Part shown: one piece after another, positions 1 to 9,443 of the stretch | How positions within the stretch are numbered: position 1 is the first letter of the stretch | Layout: every line of letters begins with the position of its first letter | Virus record (IMG/VR): IMGVR_UViG_3300046171_000193 | Coordinates: 32,001-96,000 of that record | Origin: a virus | Strand: one strand, 5' to 3' | DNA length: 64,000 bases | Notes under the pieces: model-generated | The model's input: the letters and a program-made list of their open reading frames with translations, nothing else | Databases searched by the model: none | Told to the model about the DNA's origin: nothing | Program-made: the position numbers and the translations under genes

Positions 1-336
1 GGCCTAGAAGGTGGACCTTGCGTATGGAAAGAAATGTTACATCATTTTTCAGCACATTATTTTGTGCACGCTACAAACGCTCGTCGAGGGCATAATAGAT
101 TTCAAGATGAAGTATTTTCAGAATATCATAACGCATGGATGAGGATGTTAGCTTTAGATTATGATTTGCTTACAGTTGATAACGCAATCAAAATGGAAGG
201 TGATCCTTATTACGGAGAAACCGCTAGTCAATCTGGAATTTTAAGGGATGGATATTGGGTAGAAAAACCGCCGCGGAATGGAGTGGCGTATTTTGCTAAC
301 ACTATGGGATCACCATATGAAAAGAAATCTAATTAG
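1..336 (+). CDS. C-terminal part of a protein truncated by the window edge; possibly carbon-nitrogen hydrolase-like
   Basis: Frame 1 is open from base 1 (GLEGGPCVWKEMLHH...); family guess rests only on weak resemblance of HATN and TASQSGIL motifs. Confidence 0.3.
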   Translation, partial: GLEGGPCVWKEMLHHFSAHYFVHATNARRGHNRFQDEVFSEYHNAWMRMLALDYDLLTVDNAIKMEGDPYYGETASQSGILRDGYWVEKPPRNGVAYFANTMGSPYEKKSN

Positions 337-347
337 AGGAGTATAAT

Positions 348-848
348 ATGAAACTTTTATCAACAGTAGCGCTAGCTGCAATAATCGGATGTTCGCCAGC
401 AATGGCGGAAACATTTAGGGCAACTATTACAAAGGTAGAACCAAACTGGGCATACAGAGATGTATCTGTTCCAACTACGCATTGTCAAAATATAGAAGTT
501 CCTGTATACGGAAATGTACAAGGTGGTGCAACAGGCGGTGATGTGCTTGGTGGAATGATACTTGGCGCATTGCTAGGTAAAGGTATCACGAATAAAGATA
601 ACGGAGCTGCAGCTGGTGCAGTTCTTGGCGGCGTAATCGCTGCGGATAAGAATAACTCAAGACAACGAATTGTTGGATATAAGACAGAAAGACAGTGTCA
701 ACAAGTTGTGTCATATGAGACAGAACGTTATCTTAAGAATAATAAAATCTATTTTACATGGAATGGCATTAACGGTTCTGCATACACATATAACAATTAT
801 AACGTAGGTACACAGATACCAATCACAATTAGTATACAGGCAAAGTAA
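348..848 (+). CDS. Secreted glycine-zipper 2TM protein (YcfJ-like)
   Basis: Signal peptide; GGMILGALLG...GAAAGAVLGGVIA glycine zipper; Cys pair flanking it; GAGGA RBS. Confidence 0.75.
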   Translation: MKLLSTVALAAIIGCSPAMAETFRATITKVEPNWAYRDVSVPTTHCQNIEVPVYGNVQGGATGGDVLGGMILGALLGKGITNKDNGAAAGAVLGGVIAADKNNSRQRIVGYKTERQCQQVVSYETERYLKNNKIYFTWNGINGSAYTYNNYNVGTQIPITISIQAK

Positions 849-1087
849 TGTCAGATATGTTTGATTTTGGCTTTACCGCCGTAAATGAAGAAGAGTTAGA
901 AGCCGTACAGAAAGTATCTGTAGAGGCTTCTTCTACCGAGGAAAGGCTGCATAACTTATATAATGCAATTATACCTTTGCTTAATAATTTAAAACAAAAT
1001 CCTGAAAAGGATTATATCTTGTGGCCAAACCGATTAGAAAAAGTGGAACAGTTTGAAAGTCATTTGCAATCCATTTATAAAGGATAG
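848..1087 (+). CDS. Hypothetical phage protein
   Basis: TAATG coupling to upstream gene; FDFGFTAV and PEKDYILWPNR motifs. Confidence 0.7.
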   Translation: MSDMFDFGFTAVNEEELEAVQKVSVEASSTEERLHNLYNAIIPLLNNLKQNPEKDYILWPNRLEKVEQFESHLQSIYKG

Positions 1088-1090
1088 AAT

Positions 1091-1312
1091 ATGAATACAT
1101 TATTTACTGCACTTTTACTCGTATGCGATCCAAGCTCTGCAGTACCAGACTGCAAAAGCATGGCAAATCCTGCACTTTATGATAATGTACAGATATGCCT
1201 ACAAAGCGTTGCTGAAGGAATACAGGCGTTTGAGGTAAATGGTTTTAAAGTTGTCCGCTATACATGTTATGAATGGACTACTGATCGAGATTTAAAATCT
1301 CTGGGTCTATAA
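1091..1312 (+). CDS. Small secreted/membrane protein with 4 Cys
   Basis: AGGA RBS, hydrophobic N-terminus, 4 Cys. Confidence 0.55.
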   Translation: MNTLFTALLLVCDPSSAVPDCKSMANPALYDNVQICLQSVAEGIQAFEVNGFKVVRYTCYEWTTDRDLKSLGL

Positions 1313-1748
1313 CTTTAGCATCAATTAATCTTTGACGGTTCGCAAGGTGCGCTTCTTTGAGCTCCTCTTTTGATTGTCCGTGGTATGGTACTCCATAACC
1401 CTCTTCAATGAGAATCTGAGTACAGCCAACCTCCGCATCTTTAATATCATAGTATACGTGGAAGTCCCCAAGGATTCTTCCAAATTTGCCCTTCGCATCT
1501 TCTCCGCTTTTATCAATTTCTGTTTTAAGGCGCGCTGTCGATCCAATAGGCAAGAGATCTTTGAGTCGTTCTTTTGCTGCGAGTCCAAATGCTTTCTCCG
1601 TTAAATCACGAGTACGAGATTCTGGTGTGTCAATACCCATCATTCGTACACGTTCTCGGTTTAAGGAGATGCCAAATCCTAAATCTATATCCACGTCAAC
1701 AGTATCACCGTCAACGATTCTTAATATCTTTGCTTTATATTCATACAT
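1278..1748 (-). CDS. Thermonuclease (SNase-like) nuclease
   Basis: RIVDGDTVDV, RVRMMGIDTPE, GKFGRILG motifs. Confidence 0.9.
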   Translation of the reverse strand: MYEYKAKILRIVDGDTVDVDIDLGFGISLNRERVRMMGIDTPESRTRDLTEKAFGLAAKERLKDLLPIGSTARLKTEIDKSGEDAKGKFGRILGDFHVYYDIKDAEVGCTQILIEEGYGVPYHGQSKEELKEAHLANRQRLIDAKVIDPEILNLDQ

Positions 1749-1944
1749 TGTTTCTACCCGTTACGTAACCTGCTACAATACCAACAACACCTACTAATGC
1801 GTTATTCAATAAAGCAAGTATGCCTTGATCAAATTCTCCGCCATGTTCTGATGCTATCATAAATTCATCTATTACAATAATTCCTAATAAAGTCATAAGT
1901 CCTACTGCTAATATTAACACGGTAATATCTTTAATATATTTCAT
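1741..1944 (-). CDS. Small two-TM membrane protein
   Basis: Two hydrophobic segments; overlaps both neighbours. Confidence 0.6.
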   Translation of the reverse strand: MKYIKDITVLILAVGLMTLLGIIVIDEFMIASEHGGEFDQGILALLNNALVGVVGIVAGYVTGRNNV

Positions 1945-2300
1945 TAAAATTCCTCTACTACAAATTCACCCCACGCTTGGCCGAATATCCATATAAAAAT
2001 TAGTATGAGTGCAGTTGCAATTAATAATGATGGTATGACAATAACCTGCACCCAGCGTGGCTTGCCTTTTACCCAATGAATTATTTTCTTTACTTTTGTT
2101 TTTAGTCCATCTAATATGTATGTGCCCACTGTCCAGCGAATCATTCTCATTATTATTAAAATAGGTGAAGTGATTACATCAAAGAGTACTAGAAAAAGAT
2201 CTACACAAGCATCGACAATATTGTCAAGGCTAAATACTTTTTTTAGTTTTTCTTTATTAAACGCCAAAGCTCTCTCCGCATCCACAACTTGCTGTTGCAT
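1944..2300 (-). CDS. Membrane protein (true start probably slightly downstream)
   Basis: Two hydrophobic stretches; operon position. Confidence 0.55.
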   Translation of the reverse strand: MQQQVVDAERALAFNKEKLKKVFSLDNIVDACVDLFLVLFDVITSPILIIMRMIRWTVGTYILDGLKTKVKKIIHWVKGKPRWVQVIVIPSLLIATALILIFIWIFGQAWGEFVVEEF

Positions 2301-2544
2301 TAGGATTAACCACTTTTAAGAATGATCCTCCCAATTCTTCAACATAATCAATTGTGCATCCGAAGATAAACATTTCAGCCATAGGATCTAACCATAGGTT
2401 TTCTATTGTGGGCTCAGCATCTGTTACGCCCCACTCATATTGAAAGCCTGCGCATCCCCCGCCTTTAACGGCAAGAGACACATTTGGTTTACCGACAGTT
2501 TTTAAATATTCTTTTGCGCTGTCAGTGACCTGAATATTCGTCAT
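2257..2544 (-). CDS. iscA: A-type Fe-S cluster carrier (IscA/SufA/ErpA, HesB family)
   Basis: VKGGGCAGFQY and NPNATASCGCGESF: all three conserved Cys present. Confidence 0.92.
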   Translation of the reverse strand: MTNIQVTDSAKEYLKTVGKPNVSLAVKGGGCAGFQYEWGVTDAEPTIENLWLDPMAEMFIFGCTIDYVEELGGSFLKVVNPNATASCGCGESFGV

Positions 2545-2843
2545 TTTTTGTATACCGTTGCTTTTAAATATTCTAATTCAAGTCTTAACAGTTCTATTTC
2601 TGTCTTTAACTTTTGAACATCTTTTGTGGTTTGTTGAACACTTGGTGGCGGTGACCATTCATCAATCCATGTATCATTTTCTTCAATCTCTACTAACATC
2701 AGATCTTGAGTGTGCTCAATAAAGGTAAGCCGTTCTGTAATACCAAAATATCCCCAAACACCAATAGCAGTAAAAGCAATGAGTGCTATTAGGTTCTTTA
2801 GCGGTATTGTGAATTCGCTACCTTCGTTCAGTTTATTTGCCAT
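2541..2843 (-). CDS. Membrane-anchored coiled-coil protein
   Basis: N-terminal TM, C-terminal heptads. Confidence 0.6.
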   Translation of the reverse strand: MANKLNEGSEFTIPLKNLIALIAFTAIGVWGYFGITERLTFIEHTQDLMLVEIEENDTWIDEWSPPPSVQQTTKDVQKLKTEIELLRLELEYLKATVYKK

Positions 2844-3033
2844 TTCGACTCTCTAACACTTTCTTACATTGATCACTAGCATATGTAGTGAACCAACGAG
2901 GAGCAAAGGCATGGAGAAAGACAGCGTATGCTGCCTTCTCTAATTGCCATGAAACCCACATCGCATGTTTAAAATGCTGCCAACGGGTTTCGCCTACTTC
3001 CTCTAAATGTAATTTACATTTTTTACTAAACAT
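2833..3033 (-). CDS. DUF6356-like small protein
   Basis: HLEEVGETRWQHFKHA...HAFAPRWFTTYAS pattern. Confidence 0.6.
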   Translation of the reverse strand: MFSKKCKLHLEEVGETRWQHFKHAMWVSWQLEKAAYAVFLHAFAPRWFTTYASDQCKKVLESRNGK

Positions 3034-3431
3034 TATCTGTTATCTACCACTGTTTTCTTTTGTACTGCTGTTACACTGTTTTTCTTTTGTGCAGTAATAG
3101 CTTCCTTACCATAGAAGGCTGCGACTATCGCTGCGACTGACACAAAGTAAACCGCTGCCATATCACCAAGGATTTCACCAGCCTGTGTAAGTTTTAACCA
3201 TATTGCTAATACGACTGAGAAAGGATATAGCAGCATTCCGAATAATGCAAACCATGCCATGTTTCTCTGTGCGTCTTGCTTCTTGTCTTCATTTTCCATA
3301 TCACTTCGCATATCTGCGAGTTCAATCATTCTTTCTTCCATTGCAATCTCTTCATCAGTTATAATTCCATCACCGTCACGATCTAAATGAGCCCATTGAC
3401 TCTCTGGTTCTAATTTCTTGGCAGCTGCCAT
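3033..3431 (-). CDS. Two-TM membrane protein with EF-hand-like loop (holin candidate)
   Basis: DRDGDGIITDEE loop followed by two TM helices and a basic C-tail; GGAG RBS. Confidence 0.6.
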   Translation of the reverse strand: MAAAKKLEPESQWAHLDRDGDGIITDEEIAMEERMIELADMRSDMENEDKKQDAQRNMAWFALFGMLLYPFSVVLAIWLKLTQAGEILGDMAAVYFVSVAAIVAAFYGKEAITAQKKNSVTAVQKKTVVDNR

Positions 3432-3441
3432 TTAACTCTCC

Positions 3442-3924
3442 TTACCACGCTCCGTTTGATTTGCCTAAAAGGTAAACTATGAATCCTATTACACCAGACA
3501 TTGCAAGTGCTAAAGCGATACCCACAAGCCATTCAATAATTAATTGTTTACGCTCTTCAGCTTTATATATCGCTTCTTTTCGTTCTTTTCTCATTTGCGC
3601 TTCTATGTGCACAATCTCTTTCCAAGCTGATGGTCCATAAAATAAACTGATATGAGATCGTAATTCTTCTCTCATCTCTTTTGCTTTTTGTTTATGTCCC
3701 CAAGTCTCTAAAGCCTTTTGTTCAACTTGACTTGCACCAAATAGTTTTTTAAACATAGGCGGGTTTTCAGCCTGCTTATGAGAAAAGTCTAAGTCTGACA
3801 TAGCACCTGCCCACTGATTTAGGGTAGATCCCATATCATGCAAGTCCTTGCCAACAGCAATAGCCTTTTTCAGACCTTTGTATGCAGCTGTAGCCCCAGC
3901 TATAGCCGTTACTGGATCGATCAT
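3442..3924 (-). CDS. Hypothetical protein with C-terminal TM helix
   Basis: MIDPVTAIAGATAA N-terminus, coiled coil, C-terminal TM. Confidence 0.7.
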   Translation of the reverse strand: MIDPVTAIAGATAAYKGLKKAIAVGKDLHDMGSTLNQWAGAMSDLDFSHKQAENPPMFKKLFGASQVEQKALETWGHKQKAKEMREELRSHISLFYGPSAWKEIVHIEAQMRKERKEAIYKAEERKQLIIEWLVGIALALAMSGVIGFIVYLLGKSNGAW

Positions 3925-3954
3925 CTCGAGCCCTCGTTACTTTGTTCCTGAAGG

Positions 3955-3966
3955 TATTTATAAATA
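3955..3966. promoter_or_regulatory. Overlapping divergent T4-type late promoters (TATTTATAAATA)
   Basis: TATAAATA on + (3959-3966) and on - (3955-3962), between divergent operons. Confidence 0.8.
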
Positions 3967-3989
3967 AAACGTAATTTAGAGGAATAATT

Positions 3990-4934
3990 ATGTCATCAGG
4001 TCTATCACGATTTAATAAAAAACCTATTATTATTTCAGCTGGCTGTTCTTTTACAGATCCAGATTTTATTTCTAGTTTAGAAGATCTGCCTAGTGAGAGG
4101 CGTGGAGGCTGGCCGATATGGTCAGATAGATTTTGGTGGAAGCTAGAAAAGTTTCATGACAAAAAATATAGAATTATACACACCGGAAAGTCAGGTGGTA
4201 GTATGGACTATGCCTATGAACAGATAATTAAAAACATTTCAGTTTTTGGAAAAAAAATTGACTACGTTTTATGGGGAGGAACTACATGGGAAAGATGGAA
4301 CGATACTCATTCATCTTTTTGTATCAATCCAATGCAATATTTTGCTGATCGAAAACCTATAAAAATAGATGAAAAAGTTGAACGTTACCCTCTTGAGGAA
4401 TGGGAAATGTTTGGAGATATATCTATTGCATTAATGTCAAAATATTATGGCACAAAAGATGGAAAAATCAGAATAATGAACGAAGGTCTCCGTAAAATGT
4501 GGACTATACTTAAATTATGTGAACAATATAATATTACTCTTTTATATTATCAAATACTCGCACCTATAGCAGGTAGTAACTATATTAAAAAATGTATACA
4601 AAGACATTATAATATAAGTGATGATTCTCCTCATATGGATTGGCGTACCCCGATTTCAGTAAGATGCGAACTAGATGCAGATTATGAATGGGAAATGTCA
4701 GAATCTCAAAAGTCTCCTTATTTTAGAGATTTACTACAATACAATAAGCATTTTCTTGGTGTATATTATTTAGAACCAGATAGCAGACCGTGGAATTGGG
4801 ACAATACAACTGATGAAAATGTAATTGATAATACTAAAAATTCGCACGGCGTTAGAGATGGACATCCAAATATGTATGGCCATAAAAATATAGCAAACTG
4901 CTTATGGAGACATTATGAAGCTAATTTTACATAG
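3990..4934 (+). CDS. SGNH/GDSL hydrolase-like protein
   Basis: AGCSFT block I, GKSGGS block II, C-terminal DGHPNMYGH. Confidence 0.6.
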   Translation: MSSGLSRFNKKPIIISAGCSFTDPDFISSLEDLPSERRGGWPIWSDRFWWKLEKFHDKKYRIIHTGKSGGSMDYAYEQIIKNISVFGKKIDYVLWGGTTWERWNDTHSSFCINPMQYFADRKPIKIDEKVERYPLEEWEMFGDISIALMSKYYGTKDGKIRIMNEGLRKMWTILKLCEQYNITLLYYQILAPIAGSNYIKKCIQRHYNISDDSPHMDWRTPISVRCELDADYEWEMSESQKSPYFRDLLQYNKHFLGVYYLEPDSRPWNWDNTTDENVIDNTKNSHGVRDGHPNMYGHKNIANCLWRHYEANFT

Positions 4935-5019
4935 AATAAAAATATTTTTAATGCGATTTAAAAAACGTAAAAGACCTGAAGATCAAATATTTGTATACGA
5001 AGAAGATAACGATAATTAA
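4915..5019 (+). CDS. 34-aa basic peptide MKLILHRIKIFLMRFKKRKRPEDQIFVYEEDNDN (not in ORF track)
   Basis: GGAGA RBS just upstream; stop overlaps next ATG (TAATG); paralog at 58634-58735. Confidence 0.7.
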   Translation: MKLILHRIKIFLMRFKKRKRPEDQIFVYEEDNDN

Positions 5020-5633
5020 TGTATAACTTTCATCTTGATATTAGTAACACATGTACGTTAAAGTGTGGTGAGTGTATAAGGCAGATCTTACCAGGTAAAA
5101 TGGATAAGCCATCAATGGGTGGTAAAAATTTGCCATTAGAAGATTTTAAAAAAATTGCAGACGCTTGTGATTGGTTATCTTTTAATGGTCAAGTATCTGA
5201 TCCTATTTTTAATCCAAATTTTATCGATATGCTAAGATACTTAAACGATCACACTGATCCGAAATGGCATAGATATAATACTATCTACACATCTGCTACT
5301 ACTAAAAAACGCAGCAGAGATTGGTACAAAGAAGCGTTCGAAGTTAATAAAGATTTTAAGTGGTTCTTTGGCATTGACGGTTTACCTCATCAGAGTCATC
5401 AATATAGGCAGGGTCAAGATGGAGTCTTCTTATTTGAAATGATGTGCATAGCTGCAGAAATGGGTAATAATACTTGCTGGCAATATATAATATTTAACTA
5501 TAATGAAGATTCTATCGAAGATGCAAAAATTCTAGCTGACACTTTTGATTTAAATTTGCAGCTAGTTAAATCAAATCGTTGGGATCATGTTCCACATTTA
5601 AAACCATCTAAGGGTAATTATAGAGATGACTAA
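5019..5633 (+). CDS. Radical SAM protein (core only)
   Basis: CTLKCGEC (CxxxCxxC), GQVSDP, FGIDG motifs. Confidence 0.9.
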   Translation: MYNFHLDISNTCTLKCGECIRQILPGKMDKPSMGGKNLPLEDFKKIADACDWLSFNGQVSDPIFNPNFIDMLRYLNDHTDPKWHRYNTIYTSATTKKRSRDWYKEAFEVNKDFKWFFGIDGLPHQSHQYRQGQDGVFLFEMMCIAAEMGNNTCWQYIIFNYNEDSIEDAKILADTFDLNLQLVKSNRWDHVPHLKPSKGNYRDD

Positions 5634-5967
5634 ATTATCTCCTCTATGTTTACATAATAATACCGGTCGAGCTTTAGTCAACAGTGGTTGGATTTTACCC
5701 TGTTGTTTTATTGATTATGATTTTAGATATTATCTAGATACACTACCAAAAGAATTTCAAAATTTAGTAGATGAAGAATTAAAGCTTTCTAATGTCGAAA
5801 GTGTAGAAAAGCTTTTTGAAAGTAAACAATGGAAACAATTCTTGCAGTATATGCAAGATGCACATGATGGTAAAATTGTGTGTAAAGTAAAAACGTGTAA
5901 TGAGTTTTGCACAAAGAATTTTGATCAAGATCCAACCGCACATAGAGAGCGCGCCAATGTTTTGTAA
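5626..5967 (+). CDS. Stand-alone SPASM/twitch Fe-S domain
   Basis: C..VNSGWILPCC...CNEFC. Confidence 0.8.
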   Translation: MTKLSPLCLHNNTGRALVNSGWILPCCFIDYDFRYYLDTLPKEFQNLVDEELKLSNVESVEKLFESKQWKQFLQYMQDAHDGKIVCKVKTCNEFCTKNFDQDPTAHRERANVL

Positions 5968-7072
5968 AGCCTTTAATAAGTCTCTTGTTGTAGAACCCGG
6001 AAAAACACTAGCAGTGTGTTGTTCTGATGGAAGTAGAATGTTAAAGTCATCTTTAGCAGATATAACAAGTCTTAGTGATTTTTTCTATAATAGTAAAAGA
6101 TATAATGATATAAGAGAAGAAGTTAAAAACTTAACTAGCCCTACTCAGTATGATAATTGTCTGTCCTGTCAACGAGCTGACCAAGGATATGATACTGAAA
6201 TGAAGGTAATGAATGAAATTAAGTTTCCAAGCTGGAAAGGATATAATAATTCAATCGATTTAAAATTCCTTGAAGTTACTACAAGTAATATATGCAAACA
6301 ATCATGCGTTATGTGTGGAGCAAAGTACAGTAGTACTCATGCCAAATTACAAGGTGAGCTTGGACATATTAGTTTTATGGACGAACGTGAAATGGAAATG
6401 ATATATCAAGTTTTACCTGATATTGACTATCTCTGTCTAAAAGGTGGAGAACCATTCGCAGATCAAAACAATCTAAAGATTTTAACTAGGTTATACGAGT
6501 GCAATCCTGACATAAAAGAAATAGTAATTGTGAGCAATGGTCAAAATATATCACTTCCATTTATACGCATCTTAAATAAATTTTCACCTCAGCAATTAAC
6601 ACTAGGGTTTAGCTTAGATGGTGTTGATGAGGTGTATAACTGGCAAAGAGGATCAGAGTACAGTAAAACTGTCGATACATTAAATCAGCTAACTAAAGAC
6701 ACGGATTTAGTATATTCCATATTAAATACTGTAACGGTATATTCTTTACCGTCGTTGCTTGATACATTTGAAATGCATTGTAGTGATTTAAGAGGTGTTA
6801 ACCATGTCACAAGCTCAAACATAGTTTGGACTCCTGCCTATACAAGTTGTGCCTTATATACACAATCACAAATAGATGATATGATTGGGCCAATAATGGA
6901 ATTTAAAGATACGCCTGAAGTTACCTGGAATAGAAATGGCGTAGATAAAATAAAGTCATTTGGCAATAATAATTTAGTTGAGGCTTTTAGTCGCCACACT
7001 GAAAAATGGAATAATATTCGTAAATTAAATATATACGATCATGTACCCGAACTTTCGTGGATTGGAAAATAA
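5957..7072 (+). CDS. Radical SAM protein with N-terminal SPASM/twitch domain
   Basis: FCKAF...AVCC...CLSC then CKQSCVMC and KGGEPF; start reassigned to ATG 5957. Confidence 0.9.
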   Translation: MFCKAFNKSLVVEPGKTLAVCCSDGSRMLKSSLADITSLSDFFYNSKRYNDIREEVKNLTSPTQYDNCLSCQRADQGYDTEMKVMNEIKFPSWKGYNNSIDLKFLEVTTSNICKQSCVMCGAKYSSTHAKLQGELGHISFMDEREMEMIYQVLPDIDYLCLKGGEPFADQNNLKILTRLYECNPDIKEIVIVSNGQNISLPFIRILNKFSPQQLTLGFSLDGVDEVYNWQRGSEYSKTVDTLNQLTKDTDLVYSILNTVTVYSLPSLLDTFEMHCSDLRGVNHVTSSNIVWTPAYTSCALYTQSQIDDMIGPIMEFKDTPEVTWNRNGVDKIKSFGNNNLVEAFSRHTEKWNNIRKLNIYDHVPELSWIGK

Positions 7073-7073
7073 A

Positions 7074-7661
7074 ATGATAATTGATATGCAAGACAGCATA
7101 ATAATGAATAAAACTAAAATCGTAGTAAAAAACGGTGATTATGTAGATGTTAAATTTTTAATTAACACACCAGATCAACTTAAAAAACTTCAACATCAAC
7201 CGAAATATTGTTGGAGTAGAAAAGACCCTCAGTTTGTAGAAGCTAATTTGATATGGGAAAAAGTTCATCCTGATTTAATAGTTGAGCAAGGTTGGAATGA
7301 AGAAAAAAATGTTTACACTGTTAGAACAAATTACATAGAACCACTTTTAGTAGATAAAAAATCTTGGGAAAAAGATGCAAAATTATATCTTGACCTAATA
7401 GACGTAATGGGATTTGAAAAAACAAAAGACGATCAAGCTTATTGGAATGTTTATCATGGCCTAAAAGACGGAGAGGAAGTATCTTATATCATAGACTGGG
7501 ACGAATTAATTCAACTAGGTTCAGAAGAGAAGGCATATAATTTTTATAAAGAAGAATTATGTAGGTACCAACATAGTAGAGTATATTTTAAAGATGCTCA
7601 AGCATCTATGCCAGAAATAGAAGAGATGTTCGATAAGTTGTGGAAAGCAAAAGTCGGATAA
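7074..7661 (+). CDS. Protein-kinase-like fold (APH/choline-kinase type) candidate
   Basis: VDVK (beta3 Lys), DDQAYWNV (DxxxxN), IIDWD (metal loop). Confidence 0.45.
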   Translation: MIIDMQDSIIMNKTKIVVKNGDYVDVKFLINTPDQLKKLQHQPKYCWSRKDPQFVEANLIWEKVHPDLIVEQGWNEEKNVYTVRTNYIEPLLVDKKSWEKDAKLYLDLIDVMGFEKTKDDQAYWNVYHGLKDGEEVSYIIDWDELIQLGSEEKAYNFYKEELCRYQHSRVYFKDAQASMPEIEEMFDKLWKAKVG

Positions 7662-8665
7662 TGATCTGCAAAGCCCCATCTAATAACATGTATTTTAATG
7701 TATCAGGCCAGGTATCTCCTTGTTGGAAATTACCGGGATACGTTGACAATTGGTCTCATGAAAGAAGTATTAAAGATATATGGTTTGGAGAACATTTTAA
7801 AAAATATCGAGATGCATTATCAAAAAATATATTTCTAGATAGATGTAAGGAATGTGAGAAAGAGATAAAGTCTGGCGTCTGGCCATTAGCTAAGGCATAC
7901 GAAGAGTTTCCTGTTCAAAAATATCCTAGCCTTCTTGAATTAGAGTTAAGCAATCGTTGTAATTTAGAATGTGTTATGTGCTCGCCTAAATTAAGCAGTG
8001 GTCTTGCTAAAAAGATGGGTTTACCTTTACTTGAACCATACGATGATACATTCAGAGAACAACTTAAAGAGTTTTATCCGCATCTAACTGAGCTGAGATT
8101 TAACGGAGGAGAACCATTTGCACAACAAATCGTATTAGACATATGTGAAGATATTGCAAAGATTGCACCCGACCTGCCTATTAGTATTGCAACTAACGGA
8201 ACTGTTATGAATAAGGTTGTACGTCACTTAATGGACGTGTGTAATTTAAAAATAAATATTAGTATAGACAGCCTTATACCAGAACGATATGCAAAGATAC
8301 GTGTAAATGGAAATCTAAATAAAGTCTTAAAAAACTTTGAAGTATTTAAAGAATACTGTACAAAATATAATAGAAACCTATGTATTATGGTAAATCCCAT
8401 GAGAAATAACTGGGAAGAAATGCCACACTTTGTAGACTTCTGTCAAGAAAATAACGTAAACTTATGGTATAATACCGTACTCTATCCAGCAGCATATGCA
8501 ATACATAATTTGCCAAAAGAAGAATTAAGTCACATATACGATTCTCTTAGACTACAAGTACAAAAGAGAAAAAACCTGGGACAAATAGAGTGGTATAAAT
8601 TAGAACATCTTGTAGAAGATCAAATAAAGAATTGGGTGCTAGACAGCTATGAAAAAGACATTTAA
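7661..8665 (+). CDS. Radical SAM protein with N-terminal SPASM/twitch domain
   Basis: CKAP..GQVSPCW..CKEC then CNLECVMC, NGGEPF, ATNGT, ISIDS. Confidence 0.92.
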   Translation: MICKAPSNNMYFNVSGQVSPCWKLPGYVDNWSHERSIKDIWFGEHFKKYRDALSKNIFLDRCKECEKEIKSGVWPLAKAYEEFPVQKYPSLLELELSNRCNLECVMCSPKLSSGLAKKMGLPLLEPYDDTFREQLKEFYPHLTELRFNGGEPFAQQIVLDICEDIAKIAPDLPISIATNGTVMNKVVRHLMDVCNLKINISIDSLIPERYAKIRVNGNLNKVLKNFEVFKEYCTKYNRNLCIMVNPMRNNWEEMPHFVDFCQENNVNLWYNTVLYPAAYAIHNLPKEELSHIYDSLRLQVQKRKNLGQIEWYKLEHLVEDQIKNWVLDSYEKDI

Positions 8666-9443
8666 AGGTCTAGTGAATAAACAAAGATTAGTTATCTCTT
8701 TGGATCTCTCTACTTATTGCAATGCAGCGTGCCCTCAATGCCATAGAACAGATCCTAATGGCTTGGATAAAGTTGACTGGTTACCGCTTATCAAATGGTC
8801 GTTAGAAGATTTTAAACGCCAATTTCCTATAGGTTCCATGAACTCCATAAAATCATTTAACATATGTGGTACATGGGGTGATCCGATTATGAGTAAGGAT
8901 ATCGGTAAAATATGTAAATATATTATTGATAATTCACACGCGTACATACAGATCAATACAAATGGAGGCATGAGAACTCCAGCATTTTATGAGGATCTTG
9001 GAAATTATTGCAAAAATAGATTAACTGTATATTTTGATGTAGATGGAATTACTAATGAGATGCATCAAAAATATCGCAGAGGTGTAGATCTACAAACTGT
9101 TCTAGATAATATGGAAGCGCTATCTTCTACGCCGGCTGATACACGAGCATTTATAATTCTATTTAAACATAATGAAAGCTATGTGTATGATATAAAAAAT
9201 ATGTGTACGATGTATGGCGCAAAAAGTATTCATGTAATTAAGTCAGACAGGTTTTTAGTAAACAATAAATTCGAGTTTATTAACGAAAACGGGAATACAG
9301 AAGTCTTAGAAGAAATAACAAAAAATCTAAATCATATTATTGAAAATCCTTGGATTGATAATGCGTCAGATAATTTGTTAGAAGAAATAGGTAAAAAAGA
9401 TAAAACTGTAATGTCAGACTATGTAGGTGCAAATGACAGATAA
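8649..9443 (+). CDS. Radical SAM protein (core only)
   Basis: CNAACPQC, CGTWGDP, NTNGG, FDVDG. Confidence 0.9.
   Translation: MKKTFKGLVNKQRLVISLDLSTYCNAACPQCHRTDPNGLDKVDWLPLIKWSLEDFKRQFPIGSMNSIKSFNICGTWGDPIMSKDIGKICKYIIDNSHAYIQINTNGGMRTPAFYEDLGNYCKNRLTVYFDVDGITNEMHQKYRRGVDLQTVLDNMEALSSTPADTRAFIILFKHNESYVYDIKNMCTMYGAKSIHVIKSDRFLVNNKFEFINENGNTEVLEEITKNLNHIIENPWIDNASDNLLEEIGKKDKTVMSDYVGANDR

Noticed and set aside
5619-5640. rSAM/SPASM splits (also 9433-9443) as sequencing frameshifts
   Set aside because: The same split occurs twice with short overlaps and plausible RBSs (AGGTG before 9433), consistent with real two-gene pairs
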